From: Candidatus Cloacimonadota bacterium
Lineage (GTDB): Bacteria > Cloacimonadota > Cloacimonadia > JGIOTU-2
Direction: 5' to 3'
Assembly: GCA_049903315.1 (NCBI GenBank)
Contig: JBNGBT010000003.1
Coordinates: 249,816-313,815, forward strand
DNA length: 64,000 nt
Under the pieces are notes generated by a model, which did no database searches, was not told where the DNA came from, and worked only from the letters and a program-made list of their open reading frames with translations. The translations under genes were made by a program, and so were the position numbers. Shown here piece by piece: positions 40,739-50,296 of this stretch; within the stretch, counting starts at the first letter, position 1, and each line of letters starts with the position of its first letter.

Positions 40739-42298
40739 TTATCGTATTAAAAGACATTTATTTGAAAATAATACTGTATCATTTTTCAGAAGCTGATACA
40801 GGTAAATTCCTGAGGGCAATTTTTCATTATTATCGTTCATTCCATTCCATGTAATAGATTTCTGGTTTGAAGAAATCGGGAGGAGAGAAACAAGCTCACC
40901 TTTTAGATTATAGATCATAATATCAGATGGTGTATGCTGTATTTTAGAGAAGGAAATCGTTGTAGATTGGCTAAATGGATTTGGATAATTTTCGATTTGT
41001 GAAAGAACCGGTGTTTCGTTATCAACTGATACAGAATTCTGGTTATAAAATACCATAATAGACGGATCGCCGGAGTTCCCAACTACGAGATCAGGGCTTC
41101 CATTTCCATTGATATCGCCAAAAGCAATTGCTGTGCCCACACTGCTGCAATCGTATGACCACGATGGGACATCCTGAAGTACTCCATCATCATTCATATA
41201 AATATTTACGACACCATTTGAGAAATGGATCTCAGCAAGGTCCTGGTCTCCGTCGCAGTCAACATCACAAAATCGTAAATCTTGCTGACCGAAATAAGTG
41301 TATGTTGATATCCAGGTAAGTGCTAATGTGCCGGCATTATTGCTGAAAAGTTCAGTGGGGTCATGTCCAAGAGCAAGATCGTCCCAACCATTATTATCGA
41401 CATCAGCCCAGCCTACCCCTTTGTCCGTATCATCATCACCTGTTGTCCAGATGGGACTTGTAGCCAGTGTTCCGCTATTGTTTTTGTACACCCCGCTCTC
41501 AAAATTAGCCCATTTGGAAACGGCAATATCTTTCCATCCGTCATGGTCCATATCAGCAGCAGCAAGAAAGTTCTGAATAGAGGTCTCGGCAGATTGCCAA
41601 GAGGGTGTTGTATTTAATGTGCCGTTATTATTCATAAACATGTACATTGGACGGTAGGGATCGTATGTGCTGTTGCCTTGGTTTGCTGTGATAACATCGA
41701 TATCATCGTCCTGATCAATATCAATAGGAAGCGCATAATTATTCCATGCACTGCCGCTTTCATTTGAATACCACCCGGGTGTTGTGTTTGGTCCGGTTAA
41801 TGAGCCAAAATAAATAACTGATGCATCCATACTGTAGCCGCCGTTTGCTGCGAAGATGTCAACAAATCCATCACGATTGATGTCTGCGACCTGAACGTCG
41901 CCAGTCGAAACCTCATCGTAACTTGTCCAGGAAGGGCTGGCTTCGAGAGCAGTTCCCTGATTGAAATAAATGAAATTGTGCCAATCATCATAAGGGGGGT
42001 AACTGTCAGAATGATAGCAGCCTACAACGACATCATTATAACCGTCATTATTCATGTCATGAACCTGCAGTCCACCTACCTGAACGCGCATGCTGTTCTG
42101 CCAATCGGGAGTTAAGTTGTATGGAATGTCTCTGCTGGAAAAACTGTTCGTTTCATTAACAGTGCCTGATGAATATCTGAAAATAGCATGTCCATCATCA
42201 GATACTTCATATTTCATGACTTTTTCAGCTTCATTATGCGCACATAATAAAGAGCTCATAAAAATCCCCATTAACAAAATCAAGAAAAGTTTGTTCAT
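40739..42298 (-). CDS. Secreted FG-GAP/VCBS repeat protein with Por/FlgD-type tail
   Basis: About seven D.N/D.DG..D motifs; NYPNPF tail; signal peptide; RBS GGAGG. Confidence 0.85.
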   Translation of the reverse strand: MNKLFLILLMGIFMSSLLCAHNEAEKVMKYEVSDDGHAIFRYSSGTVNETNSFSSRDIPYNLTPDWQNSMRVQVGGLQVHDMNNDGYNDVVVGCYHSDSYPPYDDWHNFIYFNQGTALEASPSWTSYDEVSTGDVQVADINRDGFVDIFAANGGYSMDASVIYFGSLTGPNTTPGWYSNESGSAWNNYALPIDIDQDDDIDVITANQGNSTYDPYRPMYMFMNNNGTLNTTPSWQSAETSIQNFLAAADMDHDGWKDIAVSKWANFESGVYKNNSGTLATSPIWTTGDDDTDKGVGWADVDNNGWDDLALGHDPTELFSNNAGTLALTWISTYTYFGQQDLRFCDVDCDGDQDLAEIHFSNGVVNIYMNDDGVLQDVPSWSYDCSSVGTAIAFGDINGNGSPDLVVGNSGDPSIMVFYNQNSVSVDNETPVLSQIENYPNPFSQSTTISFSKIQHTPSDIMIYNLKGELVSLLPISSNQKSITWNGMNDNNEKLPSGIYLYQLLKNDTVLFSNKCLLIR

Positions 42299-42367
42299 GC
42301 GAACCTCCGTTTTTTACTTTTCGGTTAATTATATTTTGAATTGAAATTATATTTGAAGTAAAATCCG

Positions 42368-43093
42368 TCAACACATTTTATCACAAAGGACAGTGAAATT
42401 TCGTAGTGTATTCGCTATGGTCGTATCGAGGAGTTTATCTGAGTTGCCGATTGCATTCTCATATGTTTCGTCAAATGGTATCGTGCCAAGATAACATTTT
42501 TCAAAGCATTCTTTCGCATAGGGGGCAGCGGGATAGGTCATATTTTCTATTAAACCAAGTATCGGAACACCTAACTCTTGAAGGAGATCAACGGACTTTC
42601 GAACAACCTTTGTAGTGATCTTTGAAGGCGTCGTTACTATACAAAATTCGATTTTCTTTATGAAACGAATAATATCGAGGGTAGTGTCATTTATTCCGGG
42701 AGGCATATCAATAATAAGATAATCGAGATCGTCCCACCTTGTAATAGCAAGAAGTTCAAGAATTGCATTCGTTACATCATGACCTCTCATGAGAGTTGTG
42801 TGGTCCTGAGTGAAATTCGCAATCGTGATATATGAAATACCATGAAGTTTCGGCGGTATGATACCTTCCTCTTCATCGGGGAAATGAAAATCAGTCAAGC
42901 CAAGTATCGTATGGGTTGACGCACCTGTGAAATCTAGATCGAGGAGTCCAACTTTTTGTTTTGATTCTGCCAGCACAAGTGCAAGTAGCGACGCAATTGT
43001 GCTTTTGCCTATTCCCCCCTTACCACCTGCAACAGCGATTACTCGTTTAACATTTTTAAGACGTTTCTCTACGACATTGATTCTTGGATCCAT
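42368..43093 (-). CDS. Mrp/MinD-family ATPase, probable ATPase-type HypB
   Basis: GGKGGIGKST, LDLDF.G, IDMPPG, ENM; no CxxC; translationally coupled to hypA. Confidence 0.8.
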   Translation of the reverse strand: MDPRINVVEKRLKNVKRVIAVAGGKGGIGKSTIASLLALVLAESKQKVGLLDLDFTGASTHTILGLTDFHFPDEEEGIIPPKLHGISYITIANFTQDHTTLMRGHDVTNAILELLAITRWDDLDYLIIDMPPGINDTTLDIIRFIKKIEFCIVTTPSKITTKVVRKSVDLLQELGVPILGLIENMTYPAAPYAKECFEKCYLGTIPFDETYENAIGNSDKLLDTTIANTLRNFTVLCDKMC

Positions 43094-43506
43094 TATTTTT
43101 CTCCCTCAATAGAATCTACCCAAATGCCCCGACCTTGTACGATTTCGAAATCCGGGCTTTTACACACAGGGCATTTGAGAAATACATGAGCAGTTTCAGG
43201 AATGAAATGTATTGATTCTGTTTCGTCATCATCCAGATTCTTCTTCACATCACCAAAAAACCATTCGTGCCCGCAGTTCATACATTTAAATCCTGCTGGT
43301 TCGATTTCAAGAATGCAGTTTACCTCGTTAAAAAGATCGGGAGCACCTTTGAGAACCTGCTGCAACGCAGTTTCAAAAATTTCCCGTGAAATGGTTTGTA
43401 GTTCACCTATTTTGACCACGATTTCTGTGATTTGCTTTAAATTTTCTTCTTTTGCGACTTTCTTTGCAGTAGTTATTACTGCATCAGCCAGTGCCCATTC
43501 ATGCAT
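43093..43506 (-). CDS. hypA: Hydrogenase nickel incorporation protein HypA
   Basis: MHE start, two CxxC, GRG; Thermococcales-like HFIPE insertion. Confidence 0.93.
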   Translation of the reverse strand: MHEWALADAVITTAKKVAKEENLKQITEIVVKIGELQTISREIFETALQQVLKGAPDLFNEVNCILEIEPAGFKCMNCGHEWFFGDVKKNLDDDETESIHFIPETAHVFLKCPVCKSPDFEIVQGRGIWVDSIEGEK

Positions 43507-43542
43507 AAAAATACTCCCTAAAGTTTAAATTTATTTTTTATC

Positions 43543-43565
43543 GTAGCGGTTCAACATGTTGAACC
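43543..43565 (+). repeat. GTAG-type REP palindrome, copy 1
   Basis: GTAG-c-GGTTCAACATGTTGAACC perfect 18-bp palindrome overlapping the RAYT stop. Confidence 0.75.
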
Positions 43566-44165
43566 CCAAAAAGCCTTATGTTCATAAATGTCTTTGTAAT
43601 ATTCATCTAAATCCATATCGAAATTAATTGATGCTACATTATCTCTATCATATTCCCATTTTAATGGATTTGTAATAATATATTGCCTTATTCTATTAAG
43701 TTCTTTCTCATTTCTTACAATATGTTCATAAAAATTATTTTGCCATTTGAAATCCAGATAGTGATTTTTTTTGCACCATCTTGTGACAGATCCTTTGTAT
43801 TGCTTGATAATTGATCCAATAGAGCTTGATATTTTTGAATCATTGCTCTCCGGCTGAACATGTTCAGCCACTACATTCTTGTTTTCATCAGATATTTGTA
43901 TTAATCCGTGAATATGATTCGGCATAATGATAAATACATCAACATCTGCGTGTTGAAAATGATATGGAATTTCTTTCCAATACTTACAAGCAATTGCACC
44001 AACGGGTGTTAGAATAATTTTAGCATTCTCTGTATGTCCAAAGAATGACTCTCTTAGAAATGTACAAATAGTTATATAATAGGTCCCGGCTTGAGAATAG
44101 TCATATCCTTCAAGACGAATGGATTTTCTTCTCCAATGAGAAATTTTAGTTTTCATCAACACCAT
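43551..44165 (-). mobile_element. REP-associated tyrosine transposase (RAYT, Y1 HUH / IS200-like)
   Basis: RRKSIRL.GYDYSQ.G.YYITIC, MPNHIHG (HUH), WQ..FYEHIVR, YI..NP. Confidence 0.9.
43852..43874 (-). repeat. GTAG-type REP palindrome, copy 2 (inside the RAYT ORF)
   Basis: Minus strand GTAG-t-GGCTGAACATGTTCAGCC perfect 18-bp palindrome. Confidence 0.75.
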
Positions 44166-44180
44166 ATTCTCAAAATTAAA

Positions 44181-45602
44181 TTACAAATCATAATACCTGG
44201 CGATTTCCCACGGGTGGGGTATTTTGCGCATTTCGTCGAGATCTTTTCTCTTGATTCGTATCCATTTCATCAAAAGATCTGCTGGCAAAACATTGCCATA
44301 AGTAAGATAGTCATTATCAATTCTTAGATTGTGCAGGGCAAACTCAAGTGTGTCAGGGAAAGATGGTATTTTTTTCAACTCCTCTATTGAAAGATCATAT
44401 AAATTAGATTCAAGAGGTCCAAATCCCTTCTCAACAGGATCGATCTTTTTCTTCACACCATCTATACCAGCCATGATTAGCGCGGCAAAAGCAAGGTATG
44501 GATTGCAGGTCGCATCTGTAGGACGGAACTCGAACCTTCGTTCTTCAGGATCTTTAATATATGCGGGAATTCTTATTGCTGCAGAGCGGTTACCTTCTGC
44601 AAATACGGCTTTTGAGGGAGCTTCAAGTCCTGCGATCAATCTGCGGTAGGAATTTGAGGTGGGATTGGAGAGAGCTGAAAGTGATGCGGAATGAAAAAGA
44701 ATTCCCCCGATGAAATAAAGTGCGGTTTTACTCAATTTATATAAACCTTTTGGATCATTAAATATGTTTTTGCCGTTCTTTTTCAGATACATGTGGATGT
44801 GCATGCCGTTGCCCGCTTCGCCCGGGATAACTTTTGGCAGGAAGGAAATTACTTTCCCGTGTTTCTTTGCAATTCTATGGCTGATATTTTTTGCGAGCAC
44901 AGTTGCATCGGTTGCTTTTTCCACAGGTCCGAATTTGAATTCTATCTCAGCCTGGGAAGTACCTACTTCATGATGATGATATTTCACACCAATTCCGAGT
45001 TTTTGTAATGCAAGCACGATTTCATTACGGATCATAAAATAGTGATCGTTCGGTTCCGAGCGATGATAACCCCGATTTGGTGCAAGCCGATATATTTCTT
45101 CGCCAGAAGGGGGACTTGCCATCTCACTGCTTTCTAGTCGATAAGATACTTCACGCGTACTCATAATGCTGAAAAGTTCATCAATAATATTGAATTCCAG
45201 TTCGATGAGCACTTGCACTTCATCAGCGATACCTTCTTCTTTTAACGTATTAAGTGCTTTTTGAATTATATGACGCAGATCCTGTGAAAAGCTCTTACCG
45301 GTGTGCGCATCATACACATCACAAAAGAAATATAATATTTTTGATTCAGGTTCCACGGGATCGATAAATGCGCAATTCAGATCGGGTTTAAATATCATAT
45401 CTGAGCTTTCAACATTTGCAAATCCAAAGTTTGATGCATCAAATCCGATACCTTGCTTTATCAGTTTTTCAGAGAAATTTTCAGCAGGAATGGTTACATT
45501 TCTGAGCCGTCCTTCGATATCCGGCACATAGAAAGATACAAAATCCAATGTATTATTTTTTATAAAATCTTTGACTTCAAGACAATTTTTAAATGAAAGC
45601 AT
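44181..45602 (-). CDS. glnA: Glutamine synthetase type I
   Basis: GFDAS, ELEF, HHHEV, GNGMHIH, NSYRRL, NRSAAIRIP, EFR, NPYLAF, NLYDL; start at MLSF behind GGAGG. Confidence 0.93.
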   Translation of the reverse strand: MLSFKNCLEVKDFIKNNTLDFVSFYVPDIEGRLRNVTIPAENFSEKLIKQGIGFDASNFGFANVESSDMIFKPDLNCAFIDPVEPESKILYFFCDVYDAHTGKSFSQDLRHIIQKALNTLKEEGIADEVQVLIELEFNIIDELFSIMSTREVSYRLESSEMASPPSGEEIYRLAPNRGYHRSEPNDHYFMIRNEIVLALQKLGIGVKYHHHEVGTSQAEIEFKFGPVEKATDATVLAKNISHRIAKKHGKVISFLPKVIPGEAGNGMHIHMYLKKNGKNIFNDPKGLYKLSKTALYFIGGILFHSASLSALSNPTSNSYRRLIAGLEAPSKAVFAEGNRSAAIRIPAYIKDPEERRFEFRPTDATCNPYLAFAALIMAGIDGVKKKIDPVEKGFGPLESNLYDLSIEELKKIPSFPDTLEFALHNLRIDNDYLTYGNVLPADLLMKWIRIKRKDLDEMRKIPHPWEIARYYDL

Positions 45603-45698
45603 AAAGCCTCCGCATAGTATATATTGGGAAAGCAAAAATTCTCCTCCAAGATTATCTGTCAAATAAAAGGTTGTCTTTATATTGTGAAAGAGGGAAAA

Positions 45699-46259
45699 CT
45701 AAAAATTTTTCTCTTTCGATACCTTCTTTGTCTCTATAATATTCAAATCACCGAAAACAACATCAGCATTAATGGATATGTGTTTTTCGCCTTTGACATA
45801 GGCTGGGGAAATATATGAATTGTTTCCGATTGCCGCAACATTCCCATCTGGTAAATGAGCACCGGCAAATACAGAAGAAACCTTTATGACTATCGGAATA
45901 TTCGGATCGATTAATACCTCGCCTTTTCCAAAAACTACATTTATTTCATAAAAAATCTTCTCTTCATCCAAGTTTATATCCGTAAGATCTATAGAACCAC
46001 GCCCAAAAATTATATTGTATTCCTCGCTTTTGCCTGTACTTTTCAATTCACTGGAAGAAAAGACCACAGTATTTTTGGATGTTTTTATACCGAAGGAACC
46101 AAAGAGTATTTTAAGTCCCAGATAAATAAATATCAATGCGATAATGATTGAGAAAACTGGAATTTTGATGTTGAAAACAGCGTTGAGGATAATGCTCAAA
46201 CCTATAAGGATTATAACTGCTCCCCAGAAAAAACTGCTAAATAAAAAGCCCATTTTCAC
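45699..46259 (-). CDS. LiaF-like membrane protein (DUF2154-type beta-helix C-terminus)
   Basis: Two N-terminal TMs (FWG..IIL.G); repeated VFG/IFG motifs, IDL. Confidence 0.7.
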   Translation of the reverse strand: MKMGFLFSSFFWGAVIILIGLSIILNAVFNIKIPVFSIIIALIFIYLGLKILFGSFGIKTSKNTVVFSSSELKSTGKSEEYNIIFGRGSIDLTDINLDEEKIFYEINVVFGKGEVLIDPNIPIVIKVSSVFAGAHLPDGNVAAIGNNSYISPAYVKGEKHISINADVVFGDLNIIETKKVSKEKNF

Positions 46260-46284
46260 GATTTCTCCATGTTGTTATTTTATA

Positions 46285-46932
46285 TTATTCGGTATGTTCC
46301 TCTGATTGAGGAATGCCAGTATCTCCTGCTTTGATAGCCTTGCCCGGCTCGTCTTCATAGGCATAATCATACAGGATGAAACTCTCGCAGAGAGGGGCGA
46401 CACTTAAACGGACCCAGCCATAATGAATATTTTCTCCAATTTTAAATTTTACTCCCATAAATTTTTGACCAGCATTTGGCCAGAAACCTTCCGGTTGTTC
46501 ATCATAATAAGAGAATACTCCGAGCATTTTATTCGCATTGAAATGTTGATCGGCTGAGATGAGGGCATTTGAGTCAAGTGCGGCGACATAGGCATTTTCT
46601 GCTGTTTTTCTCATTACTGAAAGACCGTCATTGATTGCGACTTGGCGCACTGAATTCTCTGAGTAGAAATAGTAATCAAAAAACCAGTAGGTTGTTAATG
46701 AGAATGCCTGGAATATTTTGAATTCCGCAGTGCCGTCATTATTTAAATCCAGCAAGAAATCGCGGGTTGATTGATTTTCTGCCTGAGCGATTGTCTTGTC
46801 GGGATCAATATTTGTATATTGGATCTCTGCATGCAGTCTTGTTCCTATAGTAAGTGCAACACCAGCTGCAAGTGAATATTGTAGTAATTTATTCTTCAAC
46901 TGTTTTTCGTCGTGTGTATTCTTTGTACCCAT
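46285..46932 (-). CDS. Secreted hypothetical protein, paralog B
   Basis: YSLAAG..AE signal; DLNNDG Ca-binding-like loop; HYGWVRLSV...DYAYE..PG.AI.AG. Confidence 0.8.
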   Translation of the reverse strand: MGTKNTHDEKQLKNKLLQYSLAAGVALTIGTRLHAEIQYTNIDPDKTIAQAENQSTRDFLLDLNNDGTAEFKIFQAFSLTTYWFFDYYFYSENSVRQVAINDGLSVMRKTAENAYVAALDSNALISADQHFNANKMLGVFSYYDEQPEGFWPNAGQKFMGVKFKIGENIHYGWVRLSVAPLCESFILYDYAYEDEPGKAIKAGDTGIPQSEEHTE

Positions 46933-46977
46933 TTTTACAGAACCTCTATGTTGTCTCGTGAATATATTTTATTTCTG

Positions 46978-47622
46978 TTATTCCTGTGGAGAATAATCTT
47001 TCTGTCCAGCTCTGATAGCCTTGCCCGGCTCGTCTTCATAGGCATAATCATACACGATGAAACTCTCGCAGAGAGGGGCGACACTTAAACGGACCCAGCC
47101 ATAATGAATATTTTCTCCAATTTTAAATTTCACTCCCATGAATTTCTGACCTGCATTCGCCCACATTCCATCTGCATGAGTATCATAATAAGAGAAAACG
47201 CCAATCACTTTATTGGCATTGAAATTTTGATCGGCTGAGATGAGAGCATTTGAGTCAAGTGCAGCGACATAGGCATTTTCTGCCGTTTCTCTCATCACAG
47301 AAAGCCCATTGTTCGTTGCTTGTTGAAGTACTGAATTATATGAATAGAAATAGTAATTAAATGAAAATGTGTATGTGGTTGAGAAAGCTTGGAATATTTT
47401 AAATTCCGGGGTACCGTCATTATTTAAGTCCAGCAAGAAATCGCGGGTTGCTTGATTTTCTGCCTGATTGATCATCATGTCAGGATCGATATTTGTATAT
47501 TGGATCTCTGCATGGGCTCTGCTTCCAAGAGAAAGTGTCATTCCAGCAGCGACTGAATACATGAGTAGCTTTTTGTTTAAAGATTCTTTTTTTGAAACAG
47601 GAAATTCGTCAGATATTTTCAT
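46978..47622 (-). CDS. Secreted hypothetical protein, paralog A
   Basis: Same architecture as 46285..46932 with long stretches of nucleotide identity. Confidence 0.8.
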   Translation of the reverse strand: MKISDEFPVSKKESLNKKLLMYSVAAGMTLSLGSRAHAEIQYTNIDPDMMINQAENQATRDFLLDLNNDGTPEFKIFQAFSTTYTFSFNYYFYSYNSVLQQATNNGLSVMRETAENAYVAALDSNALISADQNFNANKVIGVFSYYDTHADGMWANAGQKFMGVKFKIGENIHYGWVRLSVAPLCESFIVYDYAYEDEPGKAIRAGQKDYSPQE

Positions 47623-47729
47623 GATCTTTCCTTTCAGATAAATAAAGATATCTTACATTAATGAGAAAAAATCACTATTTTTGTTTTTTTGATGTCAACT
47701 TTTTTATATGAAGAGTTTTTTAATTTTTT

Positions 47730-48287
47730 TCAGACTCTTTGACGATACAGGGTTTTATCAACCGCGCGCGTCATTTCTTTTTCATTCAGGTTTAATCCGA
47801 GAAATTCATTAATTTGTTTTGCGGTTTCCGGTGCATGAAATATTGCATCTCTATGCGTGATATATAATGTCGAAATGTTATTTTGTGCTTCGAGCCATTT
47901 CTTCGTATCTTCGATTTGTTTTTTGAAAATATTTGATAATACTATGTTGTGAGATTGAGTTTTTTGTCCCAGGTTCTCCAGCATTTTTTGCTGGGATCGA
48001 AGCACTTCTTCGATATTTCGTTCTACAAAAATCACTTTATATTGAAATTGTAAAGGAAGATACTTTAGGAGTTGTGTAATAATCTTTATCGCTTTACCGT
48101 CTGCGTCTTTAATCCACGAAGAATCCCTTTGCAAAGCTTTCACTTTCTCATATTCAAAATATCCTTTTGGATTGCTCTCATCAGCTTTCCTTGTGTTATC
48201 TGTGAGGATTTCCATGCCGCCATTTTGGAGCATCTGCATGATGAGCGATGTGCCACTACGCGGTAAGCCGGAGACAATAGTGATCAT
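47730..48287 (-). CDS. Sulfotransferase (PAPS-dependent, P-loop family)
   Basis: 5'-PSB VSGLPRSGTS; NPKGYFE; 3'-PB R...EV..SQ; ATGA overlap with the upstream gene. Confidence 0.88.
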   Translation of the reverse strand: MITIVSGLPRSGTSLIMQMLQNGGMEILTDNTRKADESNPKGYFEYEKVKALQRDSSWIKDADGKAIKIITQLLKYLPLQFQYKVIFVERNIEEVLRSQQKMLENLGQKTQSHNIVLSNIFKKQIEDTKKWLEAQNNISTLYITHRDAIFHAPETAKQINEFLGLNLNEKEMTRAVDKTLYRQRV

Positions 48288-50296
48288 TTTTTTTTCTTTC
48301 TCTGCTTCTTAATTTTCTCGACAACAAACTTTTCATGTTCATCAGCTTTTTCCAGTCGATCGAGATGGTCTTTATATAAATTTACAAGCCTGAGATGTGC
48401 TTTTTCGATACCTGGAGATTGTGATACACAAACTTCAAAAGCTTCTACAGCACGTTCAAGATAGCCAATCTTGATGAGTGCTTCTCCAAGATAGTAATGG
48501 GCAAAGGGGAAAAAGTAGGTTAGACCAACCGCATTGAGGAATTCATCCGCGGCTTCCATAAATTTTTTCTGCCTGAAATAAGCGATACCAAGTCCGTAAT
48601 GAGAAAGAGAATTATCTCCATCTATCGAGATTGCTTTTATAAATGCCTTTTGAGCTTCCTTGAATTGCTTTAGTTTTATATAAGCATTTCCTATATGACG
48701 ATACAAACCGGGAAGACTTGAATCTGATTCTTCTGCCTTTTTCAGATATTCCATTGCTTTTTCGGTGTTATTTTCTGCGAGATATAGTCTTCCATACATC
48801 ATATCTATTGAAGGTGTCGTTTTCTCAATTTTCTTCACTACTTCGTCAGCGATCTTTCGTGCATCTTCTGTCCTTCCAAGGTCAACATAGCATTGTACCA
48901 AACGCATTTTATATCGAGTTTCATCCGGATTCTGTTCAGCAAGTTCTTCCAGAATTGGGATTGCATTCTGGATTTTCCTGGAGTTCATGTACACCCGGGC
49001 AAGATAGAATCGTGACTCATTCACCGTTCTTTCGATTGCTTTTTTCTCGTCATCACCTGGCGGTTCAATATAACCTAATGCAATCAATTGGTTCAGAGCA
49101 TCCTGTTCTGCCCAGGGATCTTTTCTATCATCCGAGGGATGCATCCCACATTCGCCTTCGACTTTCTCCCAGCTCTCTATCATATCCAGCTTGACCTGAT
49201 CATCAAAAGCTTGAATCAGTGGTTTGCCGTCCATGTCCTGGGCAATGGGCAATCCGAACATGGTCAGGATCGTGGGTGTTATATCAAGAAGTGTTGAGCC
49301 AAAAATCAATTCATCTTTTTTAATATTCGGTCCATTCATACAGATGATGCCATACGGTCTGTGCTGGGCTGCAGGACCAGCTGGCTCTTTGGGAATTCGT
49401 TTTGGACGGAGATGGTCAGAATGGAAGCCATGATCCGAAACAAGTATAATGGTGGTACCTGGGCCAGCGAGCTCGATCAGACGTTCAAGCATCATATCGT
49501 GGAAGATATAGCCACCTTTGACAACCCCCTTGTACCTTTCAAATAGTTCTTTTGGAACATGTTTCATGCGGGGAGGATGAAAATTCATAAAGCCATGAGA
49601 GTAGTGGTCGATCGCATCATAATACACCGCCATAAAATCCCACTCTGTATGCTCCATTATCCAGGTAGCTGCTCCATGCACTGTTGCAGCTTCTGCAGTG
49701 ATTTTTGCAACACCATTCAGCCGCCTGTCCTTATCCTGATCAACTTTGGCTGCATCAGGGACAAAAGGTAAGAGGTGCGCAAAAGTCAGATCGCCGGGAT
49801 GCACCCGTACACTCATGAGGGTCTGTTCAAGTTCTTTTGGATGAATGCTATCCTGAGCAAATTTGCGGGGTGCATGCAGGGGGATTTTGTCTAATTTATG
49901 ATAAAAATTTGAAACATATACGCCATTGATAGGTTCTGCCGGATGGCTGGGCCACCATCCCACTACATTTGTCTTGTATCCTTCCTGCATAAGAATGTTC
50001 CAGATGGCTTTCACTTTTCTGGATGTGGAGAGAACAGGACGTATTTGTTTATTCTCTGAATCCGGCTGAGTGAAACCAAGAATGCCATGCTTGTCTGCAG
50101 TTTTCCCGGTGGCGATCGATGTCCAGAGCATTGGTGAGAGTGGGGGATCGAGTGTTGCAAGATTGCCCATCACCCCTGAGTTTATAAGTTTCTCGAGAGT
50201 TGGCATCTTACCTGAATCGATAAGAGGATGTATCACTTTCCAGTCTGCAGCATCCCAACCGATGAGCAGAACCTTTTTAGCGAGTTTTTTGCTCAT
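48284..50296 (-). CDS. Alkaline-phosphatase-superfamily (type I phosphodiesterase-like) protein with C-terminal TPRs
   Basis: LIGWDAAD, PPLSPMLWTSIATG, DAIDHYSH, VSDHGF, L.ALGYI, then several TPR repeats. Confidence 0.88.
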   Translation of the reverse strand: MSKKLAKKVLLIGWDAADWKVIHPLIDSGKMPTLEKLINSGVMGNLATLDPPLSPMLWTSIATGKTADKHGILGFTQPDSENKQIRPVLSTSRKVKAIWNILMQEGYKTNVVGWWPSHPAEPINGVYVSNFYHKLDKIPLHAPRKFAQDSIHPKELEQTLMSVRVHPGDLTFAHLLPFVPDAAKVDQDKDRRLNGVAKITAEAATVHGAATWIMEHTEWDFMAVYYDAIDHYSHGFMNFHPPRMKHVPKELFERYKGVVKGGYIFHDMMLERLIELAGPGTTIILVSDHGFHSDHLRPKRIPKEPAGPAAQHRPYGIICMNGPNIKKDELIFGSTLLDITPTILTMFGLPIAQDMDGKPLIQAFDDQVKLDMIESWEKVEGECGMHPSDDRKDPWAEQDALNQLIALGYIEPPGDDEKKAIERTVNESRFYLARVYMNSRKIQNAIPILEELAEQNPDETRYKMRLVQCYVDLGRTEDARKIADEVVKKIEKTTPSIDMMYGRLYLAENNTEKAMEYLKKAEESDSSLPGLYRHIGNAYIKLKQFKEAQKAFIKAISIDGDNSLSHYGLGIAYFRQKKFMEAADEFLNAVGLTYFFPFAHYYLGEALIKIGYLERAVEAFEVCVSQSPGIEKAHLRLVNLYKDHLDRLEKADEHEKFVVEKIKKQRKKKK

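Noticed and set aside
42368..43093. Canonical Mrp/ApbC Fe-S carrier
   Set aside because: Lacks the CxxC after ENM and is coupled to hypA; better explained as ATPase-type HypB
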